Shown piece by piece: positions 55,194-63,361 of a DNA stretch of 64,000 nucleotides. Under the pieces are notes generated by a model. It saw nothing but the letters and a program-made list of their open reading frames with translations. It searched no databases and was not told the origin of the DNA. How positions within the stretch are numbered: position 1 is the first letter of the stretch; each line of letters starts with the position of its first letter. The stretch is taken from sequence record KY499642.1; one strand, given 5' to 3'. A program made the translations under genes and the position numbers.

Positions 55194-55507
55194 AGAAACT
55201 TAGACGAGGGTCATTCCTCGTCTACTTCACTTACTTAAAAGGTAAGAATGGGCCACGTGTTGACTTTATCAAGTACCACATTCGTAGCAATAAGAAGAAT
55301 AATGCACACCGATTCTTTCGTGGTAAGTTTGAAGACATTCTTAAGAAGTATGTCAAGGAAGAACAACCTGCGTTAGGTAAACGCCATAAATGTATTATTC
55401 GTGTTTATGAAACCGATGAGGGTGTTCACGTTAGCGGATTTCCTATCCAGCATCCGGCAGACCCTTGGCCACCAGAACAACTAATCAAATTCCGCACAAT
55501 TTATTAA
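55178..55507 (+). CDS. Basic hypothetical protein
   Basis: 109 aa in operon. Confidence 0.65.
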   Translation: MGYEVKKLRRGSFLVYFTYLKGKNGPRVDFIKYHIRSNKKNNAHRFFRGKFEDILKKYVKEEQPALGKRHKCIIRVYETDEGVHVSGFPIQHPADPWPPEQLIKFRTIY

Positions 55508-55517
55508 GGAGCTAATA

Positions 55518-56060
55518 ATGGCACATTGGACACGCATGGCATTCCGTGCAACGATTGAAGATGCACCTGTGCATGTACGCACGATGTTAGAGATGTTATC
55601 TCGCGGTGAGTGTGAAGCAGCGGTAGCTTATCGTGAAGAGAACAAGCAGTTATTCAAGGATGAGTTCTTTGATGGGATGCGTTGGGATAACTTCCTAAAT
55701 GGAAATCCGGGCATCTATAATGACTGGGATCGTCGTGAGAAAACCATCAGTGCGGATGAGCAAACGTACAAACTGGATGTTGCTTGGACACAACGTTCGG
55801 GCACTGCGGGTATGATTGAATTCATCCGTTGGTTAAAAGAATGGATTGTGGAAGAAGAAGTGGTTATCGGTCTTGCAGTTTGTGACCTAACTGATGACAT
55901 GTTCCGCAAGTTTTGGGTCGAGTCCGACCTACCTGCATCTGGTGTAGTTAATCTAGATTACTGGATTGATGATGAAGATGCAGACGACCTTTATGAATTG
56001 GCTGAGAAGAAAGAAGTGCCAGTTGATCAACCACCACATGGTTTCTACATCGGGAGATAA
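55518..56060 (+). CDS. Conserved phage hypothetical protein
   Basis: 180 aa, AAGGAG SD. Confidence 0.7.
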   Translation: MAHWTRMAFRATIEDAPVHVRTMLEMLSRGECEAAVAYREENKQLFKDEFFDGMRWDNFLNGNPGIYNDWDRREKTISADEQTYKLDVAWTQRSGTAGMIEFIRWLKEWIVEEEVVIGLAVCDLTDDMFRKFWVESDLPASGVVNLDYWIDDEDADDLYELAEKKEVPVDQPPHGFYIGR

Positions 56061-56063
56061 GAA

Positions 56064-56561
56064 ATGACAACTAACGAACAAACTAAATCGGCAACTGAAC
56101 TATTAATCCTAAAAGACTTTGAAGTGAGTCTTCCTGAAGTGTTTGTAGCACAGATGGCTGAACAAAAGACCATCAATGTGTACGCTGCACCACATCAAGG
56201 TAAAAACCTTGGTGCTGCACTTATAGTTAAAGCTATCGGCGGAACTACATTCACAATACTTGAAGAGAATTGTCACATCGATGAGGTGGCTAAACGTTTA
56301 TGGTCTACGGAGCCGGGCGAATATGACAATATGATCATCGATACCTGCATTCAAGGTAGTGCCTTCACATATGAACCATACGCTGAGCGTTCTAGAATGT
56401 TTTTACTCAAGACATGTCAACGTGATGAATCGGTTATTCCGGGCGTGAATGATGTAATTATGTCTATTGATGATAACGTTTTCTTTACATGGCGTAACCG
56501 AGAAACTGGTAAAGTTGAAGTCATCGAGTATGATGTAAACTGTATTCCATCGCTAACATAG
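56064..56561 (+). CDS. Small P-loop-like protein, paralogue of 60704
   Basis: INVYAAPHQGKN (Walker A-like), YDNMIIDTC (Walker B-like). Confidence 0.55.
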   Translation: MTTNEQTKSATELLILKDFEVSLPEVFVAQMAEQKTINVYAAPHQGKNLGAALIVKAIGGTTFTILEENCHIDEVAKRLWSTEPGEYDNMIIDTCIQGSAFTYEPYAERSRMFLLKTCQRDESVIPGVNDVIMSIDDNVFFTWRNRETGKVEVIEYDVNCIPSLT

Positions 56562-56571
56562 GAGTTGTATA

Positions 56572-56889
56572 ATGCTTGAACTGAATATGGACGAACTCAC
56601 TGTAGTTTGTAGACAGAAACCAAACGGTGAAATTGATATTACGTTTTCAGTAATCACTGAAGATGGTGCACAGTGCTTCGCAATAGCGATGGAATTGAAA
56701 GGTGTTGAATCGATTGAGGAGATGGGTGAGTGGTTAATCATGTCAACTGTTGAAGAGATTGACGAGAAATACCCAGATAGCCCTGAAAGTAAAGGTCGTG
56801 GCGTAACTAATGAACAATTGGAAATGTTCGCGTCTAGTGCAATCGTTAACCGCGTCAATGAGATACTCTCAGACGTTAAGGTGCAGTAA
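56572..56889 (+). CDS. Acidic hypothetical protein
   Basis: 105 aa, AGGAG SD. Confidence 0.7.
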   Translation: MLELNMDELTVVCRQKPNGEIDITFSVITEDGAQCFAIAMELKGVESIEEMGEWLIMSTVEEIDEKYPDSPESKGRGVTNEQLEMFASSAIVNRVNEILSDVKVQ

Positions 56890-57671
56890 TGGCTGGCAAC
56901 GATCCATTTGTAATTGACGCTGAAGTAAACATTCAACGTTATGGTGCAATTGAAAAGGTTAAGGCAAAGCTCACTAAAGAAGCCTCAAACCTTGTAGAGA
57001 AGCTACCTGATTACGTATTTGGGCAACAAGACCGCAAACATGAACTGTTCGTGGTATGTCGTCCAGAAGACCATTATGGTCGACCGCATTACATAGGTAA
57101 GGTGTGTGCGTTAGTGGATTCCAGAGACATTCCTAATCACGCACGTATCTTTCTTGACAAGCCAAAGCGTCAACCTACTACGGTAAAGGAAGTGATGCAG
57201 AAGCGTAGTGACATCGGTCGCAAGATATACAACCGTGAGGCGGAGTTGGAGGCATTAAAAGCTGAAGACCGCGAACTTGCTGAGCAGACAGCACGTTTAT
57301 CCCAGAACCCTAATGGGACACCTGAATGGGTGGATGGCGAAATCGTAATTGAGAAAGGCGTGCCTAACTACGCAACGTTCCGCACTGAGTTCTTCAAAGA
57401 CGGTCATGCTGCATTGGCAGTCATCAATGAAAACGGTTGGGACTTAGTCAGCGTGAGACGTTTATACGACTTACATGACTGGTTAATGTGTATCACTATT
57501 GAATTGCCTAGCAGTCTTGCTGGACAAACAGCAGAAGAACAACTCGAAACCTTCCGTGCTGAATTTGAAGAAGCGTGTACTGCGTTAGAAGGTCTGTACG
57601 ATGGTTTATCGTTGCACCGCTGTTGGCAAACACTCAATCTGGGCTTTGAACCAAAAGACCCGTTTAAATAA
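56889..57671 (+). CDS. Hypothetical protein with central coiled coil
   Basis: 260 aa, TAATG coupling. Confidence 0.75.
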   Translation: MAGNDPFVIDAEVNIQRYGAIEKVKAKLTKEASNLVEKLPDYVFGQQDRKHELFVVCRPEDHYGRPHYIGKVCALVDSRDIPNHARIFLDKPKRQPTTVKEVMQKRSDIGRKIYNREAELEALKAEDRELAEQTARLSQNPNGTPEWVDGEIVIEKGVPNYATFRTEFFKDGHAALAVINENGWDLVSVRRLYDLHDWLMCITIELPSSLAGQTAEEQLETFRAEFEEACTALEGLYDGLSLHRCWQTLNLGFEPKDPFK

Positions 57672-57675
57672 TATC

Positions 57676-57704
57676 GAGGGACGTGACGTCCCTCATTCTT
57701 TTTT
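57676..57704 (+). terminator. Intrinsic terminator
   Basis: GAGGGACG-TGA-CGTCCCTC plus T run. Confidence 0.75.
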
Positions 57705-57718
57705 ATTTGGAGATAATC

Positions 57719-59038
57719 ATGAAACTACTTAAAGCAACATTCAATCGTGTTAACCTTACTCAAACTCCTGTTCGTTACCCAATGACGCCGGATGCGAATG
57801 CTGACGTATTCCAGTGTCTGAGTGAGATGCCGCTGCATCAACTTATGCAGGATAACTTTGGTGACATTAACGCTCTTGCAGAGCAGTTCGAAAAGGATGG
57901 TGTGTTCACACATCGTTACGGTGAAATGGAACCAACTGCTATCCCGTCTGTAGAGTTGGGTGTTGTTAATGCATTCGAGTTCTTTGTTGAGGTAATGCCA
58001 GAAACAGTATATTGCAAGCAATCCACCTACATGCATCTGCGTGGTTATGTCGAAGGCGAGCCTAATACACCTGAAGCAAAGTACCATGTTGTTTCAACTA
58101 TGACGTACAAGAAGGCTGCAAATGAAACCGCAATGCATTTGGTTGACAATGCACTATTCTGTCAAGATGTTGACCTTGATGCGCGTGCACTGCGAGCACG
58201 TGATGGTGTGTATGCCTACGAATCTCTACTGGAGGCAGCTGCTCTTGAAATTGATACCATGATAGATACACGCTCTTCATTCCACGTGGGTGTCCAAGCA
58301 TTCGAAGCGACAGAGGTAAGTCGTGCGCATTACTTAGCACGTTTAGTAATGGCAATCCTACAAAGTGAACAACATCCGCAGTGTGATAGCGTATTCGGTG
58401 TAGAAGGCAATCATTCATTGGTGTGTGATTACCTCAACTTCCCTAACATGGCATATCATCCAATCGTTCGCGAATTGCGCACCAAGAGTGGTGCAGCACA
58501 TCGCACGTTATGCCTTGATGATGATACACTGCGTCAACTATTTGATGGTGGATTAAGTGATGGATGTGAGCTGGAATTTAAAGACCTCATTAAGGTTCGT
58601 CCTGTGGCAGATGCTTGGGACCACTCTTTCGATTCTGTAGCAGCCTACACGATCATGCAGTACATGCATGGAGTAGTTGCAAACCTAGGTGTACAAACCC
58701 TGGAACTGGAGATTGATGAGAACGGTCCAGTCCAACCTAAGTACACGGTGATGCCTGAGATGGATAAAGGTGCACACACATATGCTGACATTAATAGTAT
58801 CGGTGAAGACATCTACGAACAGTTCGAATGCGCTCAACGTTCAGTGTTAGCACACATTGACTTTAACGTTAATGGAATTTCTACTGTAGAAGTAACCGTA
58901 GATGGTGGTGAAACTCGCGTCTTTGAATACGCAAGCTTTGCTTCTAGCTACTGCAACCCTCTGGTATCAAGAGACGCACAAAAGCCTCAAGAACTAGCAG
59001 AGATGTACAGAACAATTTGCGAAGTAATCGCACAATAA
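57719..59038 (+). CDS. Hypothetical protein, possibly a diverged paralogue of a phiKZ-like core protein
   Basis: 439 aa from ATG after GGAGATAA; FEFFVEV, LRGYVE, VTVDGGE..VFEYASFASSYCNPLV recall a roughly 500-aa phiKZ-like core hypothetical (memory only). Confidence 0.55.
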   Translation: MKLLKATFNRVNLTQTPVRYPMTPDANADVFQCLSEMPLHQLMQDNFGDINALAEQFEKDGVFTHRYGEMEPTAIPSVELGVVNAFEFFVEVMPETVYCKQSTYMHLRGYVEGEPNTPEAKYHVVSTMTYKKAANETAMHLVDNALFCQDVDLDARALRARDGVYAYESLLEAAALEIDTMIDTRSSFHVGVQAFEATEVSRAHYLARLVMAILQSEQHPQCDSVFGVEGNHSLVCDYLNFPNMAYHPIVRELRTKSGAAHRTLCLDDDTLRQLFDGGLSDGCELEFKDLIKVRPVADAWDHSFDSVAAYTIMQYMHGVVANLGVQTLELEIDENGPVQPKYTVMPEMDKGAHTYADINSIGEDIYEQFECAQRSVLAHIDFNVNGISTVEVTVDGGETRVFEYASFASSYCNPLVSRDAQKPQELAEMYRTICEVIAQ

Positions 59039-59052
59039 CGGAGATAATAAGA

Positions 59053-59721
59053 ATGACAACAGTACTATTCACTAAGGACAAAGTTTTCTGTGACACGCAG
59101 GTTACTCGCTGTAATGATGTGGCGAGTTTGGATTGCATCAAGTTCTTCCCGCTGTCAGATGGCTCTATTGCGTATGGGGCAGGTTCTCTTAGTGAGATTG
59201 TGGCGTCGGTTGCAATGTATGAAGGTATTGATGAAAAGCTACCAATAGAGCAATACATTACAGGTAGCGGTACGACACTAATCATTGTTAAGCCTAGTGG
59301 ATTCATCGACCGTTTTAAACCGAAGAGGAAGCCGCGTCGGGATACAGAGGCGGGCAGTTCTAAACCACGCACTCCAATATTGTTTTGGAAGGGGACAGAG
59401 CCTTACGTTGCAATAGGTAGCGGACGACCACATATCGAAGCACACTACACCTACGTTGACCATAATCCTAAGCGAGCAATGATAAATGCAGCAAAACGTG
59501 ATACAGGTACAGGTGATCGCATCTTTGAGCTACCACGACATTGGGAGAAAGGGGAATCTGTTGAGATTAAGTTCTATGACGGCTTCACACGTCGTGATAA
59601 GTACCGTAAGCCTATAACTATCACACTAGAGTTCCCTAAAGACCCTTCGTGGATTTATGATGCATTGGTCGGCAAACGTGACCTATACCCTATCAACCTT
59701 AAAGAAATAATCGGAGCGTAA
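59053..59721 (+). CDS. HslV/proteasome-beta-like Ntn-hydrolase (Thr protease)
   Basis: With start after GGAGATAA the N-terminus is M-T-T-V; FCDTQVT, IK, YGAG, VAIGSG, A.KRDTGTG match HslV/proteasome motifs. Confidence 0.75.
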   Translation: MTTVLFTKDKVFCDTQVTRCNDVASLDCIKFFPLSDGSIAYGAGSLSEIVASVAMYEGIDEKLPIEQYITGSGTTLIIVKPSGFIDRFKPKRKPRRDTEAGSSKPRTPILFWKGTEPYVAIGSGRPHIEAHYTYVDHNPKRAMINAAKRDTGTGDRIFELPRHWEKGESVEIKFYDGFTRRDKYRKPITITLEFPKDPSWIYDALVGKRDLYPINLKEIIGA

Positions 59722-59722
59722 G

Positions 59723-60562
59723 ATGTTCGACCACAAGCCAACTCAAATCAAAACACCATGGTCACAAGTAAATGAGCTGTTACATGGCGACGGTTTCTAT
59801 CCCGTAGGTCTTTGGCTACTACCTGTGATTAACCATGAACAGGTATATGACTTCTATGCGCATCTAATTGCTTCACAATCACATCTACTGGATGTGTCAG
59901 AACATCCTCGTCGTAATGATGACTTGAAATACACTATCTGTTATATGGATGCCTCGTCGCAATACGCGGGCGCTATGGATGCTAATGTGGCTCAATACAT
60001 CTCGGAACATACAGGTAAGCCTGTGGGTGACTTACCTGTTGACATCATTAACTACAATGAAGAAGCGTTTGGTGCGCGCGGTATTCGCTTTGTTAGTTGG
60101 CGACTATCGCGTTCGAACTCATTAGATGTTGCAGTGACTGGTATCGGCGACGGTTTGTTAAATGGTGGCTGCGATATGCGTATTTGCATCATTGACCGTG
60201 TTGGTTTAGATGAATATCATACTGAAACAGCACGCCGCATGTTACGTACTATCCGACAGTGGGCAGTCCAGAATCAAGTGCTGGTGTTAGTGAGTGCACC
60301 ACTCGACCCGGTACTTGTTCGTTACGACTCAGAGTTTGATGCACCACTTATTGACCGTTTCGAAGATAAGCAAATGGATCGTCTGTATTATCATAAAGCT
60401 ATCACGCAAGAAGCGGATGGTGAGCTGCTAATTGGACATAACGAGAAAGAGCAAGAGCTAGTTATTCGTCGCGGTAAGTTCCGTGGTGACTCTCGCCCTT
60501 ATGGTGAAGAAGTTCGCTTTGATTCATTAGTAGGGGAGTTTCCTGAATGGAACGCGAAGTAA
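59723..60562 (+). CDS. Truncated, degenerate paralogue of the phage DnaB helicase
   Basis: IKTPWSQVNELL..DGFYPVGLWLLP..NH and EADGELLIG...EL.IRRGKFR align with 7611-9137; Walker A Lys and catalytic Glu absent. Confidence 0.8.
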   Translation: MFDHKPTQIKTPWSQVNELLHGDGFYPVGLWLLPVINHEQVYDFYAHLIASQSHLLDVSEHPRRNDDLKYTICYMDASSQYAGAMDANVAQYISEHTGKPVGDLPVDIINYNEEAFGARGIRFVSWRLSRSNSLDVAVTGIGDGLLNGGCDMRICIIDRVGLDEYHTETARRMLRTIRQWAVQNQVLVLVSAPLDPVLVRYDSEFDAPLIDRFEDKQMDRLYYHKAITQEADGELLIGHNEKEQELVIRRGKFRGDSRPYGEEVRFDSLVGEFPEWNAK

Positions 60563-60720
60563 TGCGCTTGTATCTAGGTATTGAACGTAAACCTGAAAAC
60601 AGTACTATGTTACACGTGCATGTAGCTAAGAAACGTACGTCAGGTCCAAAGGTTAAAATCGTGAATGGTCACGCAATTGTGATCAGAGAACAAGGAGCTA
60701 ATAATGAATCCAGCAATTAA
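60547..60720 (+). CDS. 57-aa ORF resembling DnaB C-terminal H4 segment (absent from ORF track)
   Basis: GGGGAG SD; MEREVMRLYLGIERKPENSTMLHVHVAKKRTSGP...; fills gap between neighbours. Confidence 0.5.
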   Translation: MEREVMRLYLGIERKPENSTMLHVHVAKKRTSGPKVKIVNGHAIVIREQGANNESSN

Positions 60721-61210
60721 TGAAGCGTCTAAACGCATAGAGTTACCAGAAGACTTTAAACAGTCGTTAGCGTCTATGTCACATATCCGAGTTATTGGTC
60801 GTGGCAATAGCGGACGCAGCTTACTGGCACATGCCATTGCAAACTGGCTGATTGCGGGTCACAACTTCGTGAACAACGTGTTCATTGAAGACACAATGGG
60901 TAAAGAAGCATATGCCATGTTTAACGAGTCAGATAAGTACGACTTTGTATTGTTCGACAGCTGCATGTTGCGTAACTTCGACTACAACAAAACAAAACGT
61001 TCGGTATGTTGCGAGACACTATCGGTTGGTGTAAACACGGTGAACTGGCCTGCCACAGTAGCTGAGTTTGAAACACTACTGGCAGTTAAACTGGTACCGG
61101 GTTCAGTGTTCGTGTTTAACGATCACCATAACTCAGAGATTCATGTATGGTATCGTGGTTGTGAGCAGGGGCGTTCACACTTCACCTTCAAGAATCCATT
61201 CGTAGCATAA
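60704..61210 (+). CDS. Small degenerate P-loop-like protein, paralogue of 56064
   Basis: IRVIGRGNSGRS (GxxxxGRS), YDFVLFDSC; AAGGAG SD. Confidence 0.6.
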   Translation: MNPAINEASKRIELPEDFKQSLASMSHIRVIGRGNSGRSLLAHAIANWLIAGHNFVNNVFIEDTMGKEAYAMFNESDKYDFVLFDSCMLRNFDYNKTKRSVCCETLSVGVNTVNWPATVAEFETLLAVKLVPGSVFVFNDHHNSEIHVWYRGCEQGRSHFTFKNPFVA

Positions 61211-61218
61211 CAACATAA

Positions 61219-61246
61219 GGGGTAGTTCGCTACCCCATCTTTATTT
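61219..61246 (+). terminator. Probable terminator
   Basis: GGGGTAG-TTCG-CTACCCC then ATCTTTATTT. Confidence 0.7.
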
Positions 61247-61256
61247 GGGAGATAAC

Positions 61257-61886
61257 ATGTACACATTTGAAACAGAACAACAATTTATGAATGACTTGCG
61301 TGACTTTATGGGTGAGTCTGGCTCTTACGACACCGCAATTAAGTTTAATGAAGAGCGTGAAGAGAAGATACCTAAGATACTTGAGATGATCAACTCAGGC
61401 GGTTTCTATGATGTAGAAATCAAACGCATTACCGAGACACTAACCAAAGAACGTCCTGAAGTGATACGTGTACTTCCAAGCGAGTTCATGGTGTCGGGTA
61501 CTAAGTCACACTACAAACCTAAGCTTGCCGATTACAAAGAGCTCGATGCTGAAGCAATTGCACCATACTGGCAATACCGTGGTACATTCAACCATGAGAT
61601 ACGCCACCTTATCGTGAGCGTGCGTGGTTCAGATAATGTCGAAACCAATTACCTGATTGAGAACCCTGACGACATCCCTACCAACACCATCAATCACCGT
61701 ATAGGTGTTAATGGTTTACGCTGGTTGTTTGATAACTTCCGTAATGTGCGTTCAATAACCCGTGAAGATTTCTATCCTATCCATGAGAAGCCTAAAGCGC
61801 CAGCCATTATCTTTAAGGTATCGCGGAGCAAAGGTTTCCCTAATACTGATAAGCTATTCAAGCCGTACTTGATAGTGGTCAAGTAA
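61257..61886 (+). CDS. Hypothetical protein
   Basis: Start moved to ATG after GGGAGATAA. Confidence 0.75.
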   Translation: MYTFETEQQFMNDLRDFMGESGSYDTAIKFNEEREEKIPKILEMINSGGFYDVEIKRITETLTKERPEVIRVLPSEFMVSGTKSHYKPKLADYKELDAEAIAPYWQYRGTFNHEIRHLIVSVRGSDNVETNYLIENPDDIPTNTINHRIGVNGLRWLFDNFRNVRSITREDFYPIHEKPKAPAIIFKVSRSKGFPNTDKLFKPYLIVVK

Positions 61887-61911
61887 TTTAAAGATATATA
61901 TCATTTCAATG
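61885..61911 (+). promoter_or_regulatory. Class A promoter-like motif (variant)
   Basis: AATTTAA-AGATATATATCAT-TTC-AATG. Confidence 0.6.
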
Positions 61912-61916
61912 CATTA

Positions 61917-61944
61917 AGGAGAACTTCGGTTCTCCTATTTTTTT
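61917..61944 (+). terminator. Intrinsic terminator
   Basis: AGGAGAAC-TTCG-GTTCTCCT-AT7. Confidence 0.85.
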
Positions 61945-61982
61945 ATTTGTCTAAGTATGGTTTGTTACTAAAGGAGCTACCG

Positions 61983-62642
61983 ATGGAAAAGAATAACGTT
62001 GTTAATTTGTTCAAGGGTCAGAAGAGTCCTACTGAAGAATTCCGTAACTATGAACGTCAAACGGATGCGGCGATGAACCGTGGTGGGCTGGAAGTGGGTA
62101 TCATCTCAATTGCACGTATGGACTTTCTACACATGAAGTCGCATTACGACCTGTCTGTATACTTACGTCGTCTGGAAATCGCACTACGTTACTTACGTCC
62201 TACGCTTGCGGTGTATGATGTCCCGTTCCCTGAAGCACAATACAACTTCATCATTAACCGTCACGATCAAGAAGTCACCTCTTTCAACATTGTACTCACT
62301 CGTAAGGATTTGCCTGAGCCAATCATCTTGCGTGCCGAGGTGTTGGATAACGGTGTATGGGAAGCAGGTGTATCAAACGAAGCTACGCCCTACCCTATGT
62401 TTGAGAACGATGGATACGAGTCGGTCTATTGGGCAATGTTAAAGTCACAAGACCGCATGGTTAAACTAGGTGTGGCTAAGAAAACCATATCGAGCTACAC
62501 GTTATTGGATTTGGAATACCACCTGTCTGCATACACGTACTTACGTACTGAAGACAACGTTAATGTAACTATTGGAATCATGGGATTGATTGATGAACAT
62601 AAATACACTGAAAGCGAGCACGACGATTCAACACCTGCGTAA
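61983..62642 (+). CDS. Hypothetical protein
   Basis: Start moved to ATG after AAGGAG. Confidence 0.75.
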   Translation: MEKNNVVNLFKGQKSPTEEFRNYERQTDAAMNRGGLEVGIISIARMDFLHMKSHYDLSVYLRRLEIALRYLRPTLAVYDVPFPEAQYNFIINRHDQEVTSFNIVLTRKDLPEPIILRAEVLDNGVWEAGVSNEATPYPMFENDGYESVYWAMLKSQDRMVKLGVAKKTISSYTLLDLEYHLSAYTYLRTEDNVNVTIGIMGLIDEHKYTESEHDDSTPA

Positions 62643-62796
62643 AGGTGATAAGTACACTGTACTTGCAGTGGGTAAAATGGAAGAGCGTGGCGGTAATTGG
62701 GTACCGTCAGTTACGTTTCGTAAAATCAACACCGATGAAGTGTACACACGTGCAGCTTCCCGTGTAGCAATTAAGTTTAAAGTGGTGGAAGGATGA
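62590..62796 (+). CDS. DUF1653-like small SH3-fold protein
   Basis: QHLRKGDKYTVL.VG.ME.....V.F......VYTR matches the YRHYKG..Y.V...A..E...VVY....WVR pattern. Confidence 0.6.
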   Translation: MMNINTLKASTTIQHLRKGDKYTVLAVGKMEERGGNWVPSVTFRKINTDEVYTRAASRVAIKFKVVEG

Positions 62797-63332
62797 AAGA
62801 CTTAGCGTTCTATCAACGTGTTAGTTTCAATGAAGCACAGTGGCAAGAGATTCGTACTATCTGGTATGAACTCTTTGACAAGCATAAAGAACTGATGCAA
62901 GTTAACTTCAGCCATGTTCTGCCAGAGTACAAGGACGAGTTCTTCGAAGAGTCTCAATTGGTTGATTTAAATGGTGAGGTACTTACCGATCCAGATAAAG
63001 TGTACGGTGCTGAGAAAGTAGACTACCATACTGAAACTGACATTTCGGTTTACATTCAGATACATGAATTTAAGCCATATAGAAGTGTACCATTCCGCTT
63101 GTACCGACATATCACGCCGTCGTATGAGGGCGATGAAGAACCTGAGTTCCGCGTGTATAAAGTCCGTAGTCAGTTCTACTCAGTTGTTGCACTAGCATTA
63201 TTAAAGGCTATTGCATGTCGCTGGCCGGGAAGTATTGAAATGATGGATGAAGAAGACGAACTAGAGTTAGACTCTCACGTCTTAAACTACATCAATAAAT
63301 TCGCAAAACAATTTGAAGTACAGGGCGCATAG
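62793..63332 (+). CDS. Conserved phage hypothetical protein
   Basis: 179 aa, ATGA coupling. Confidence 0.7.
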   Translation: MKDLAFYQRVSFNEAQWQEIRTIWYELFDKHKELMQVNFSHVLPEYKDEFFEESQLVDLNGEVLTDPDKVYGAEKVDYHTETDISVYIQIHEFKPYRSVPFRLYRHITPSYEGDEEPEFRVYKVRSQFYSVVALALLKAIACRWPGSIEMMDEEDELELDSHVLNYINKFAKQFEVQGA

Positions 63333-63361
63333 ACGCCCTCCTAATGGGAGATAGTAGTACC

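Noticed and set aside
56553-56936. 127-aa minus-strand ORF
   Set aside because: Antisense to 56572-56889, which has an SD and operon coupling
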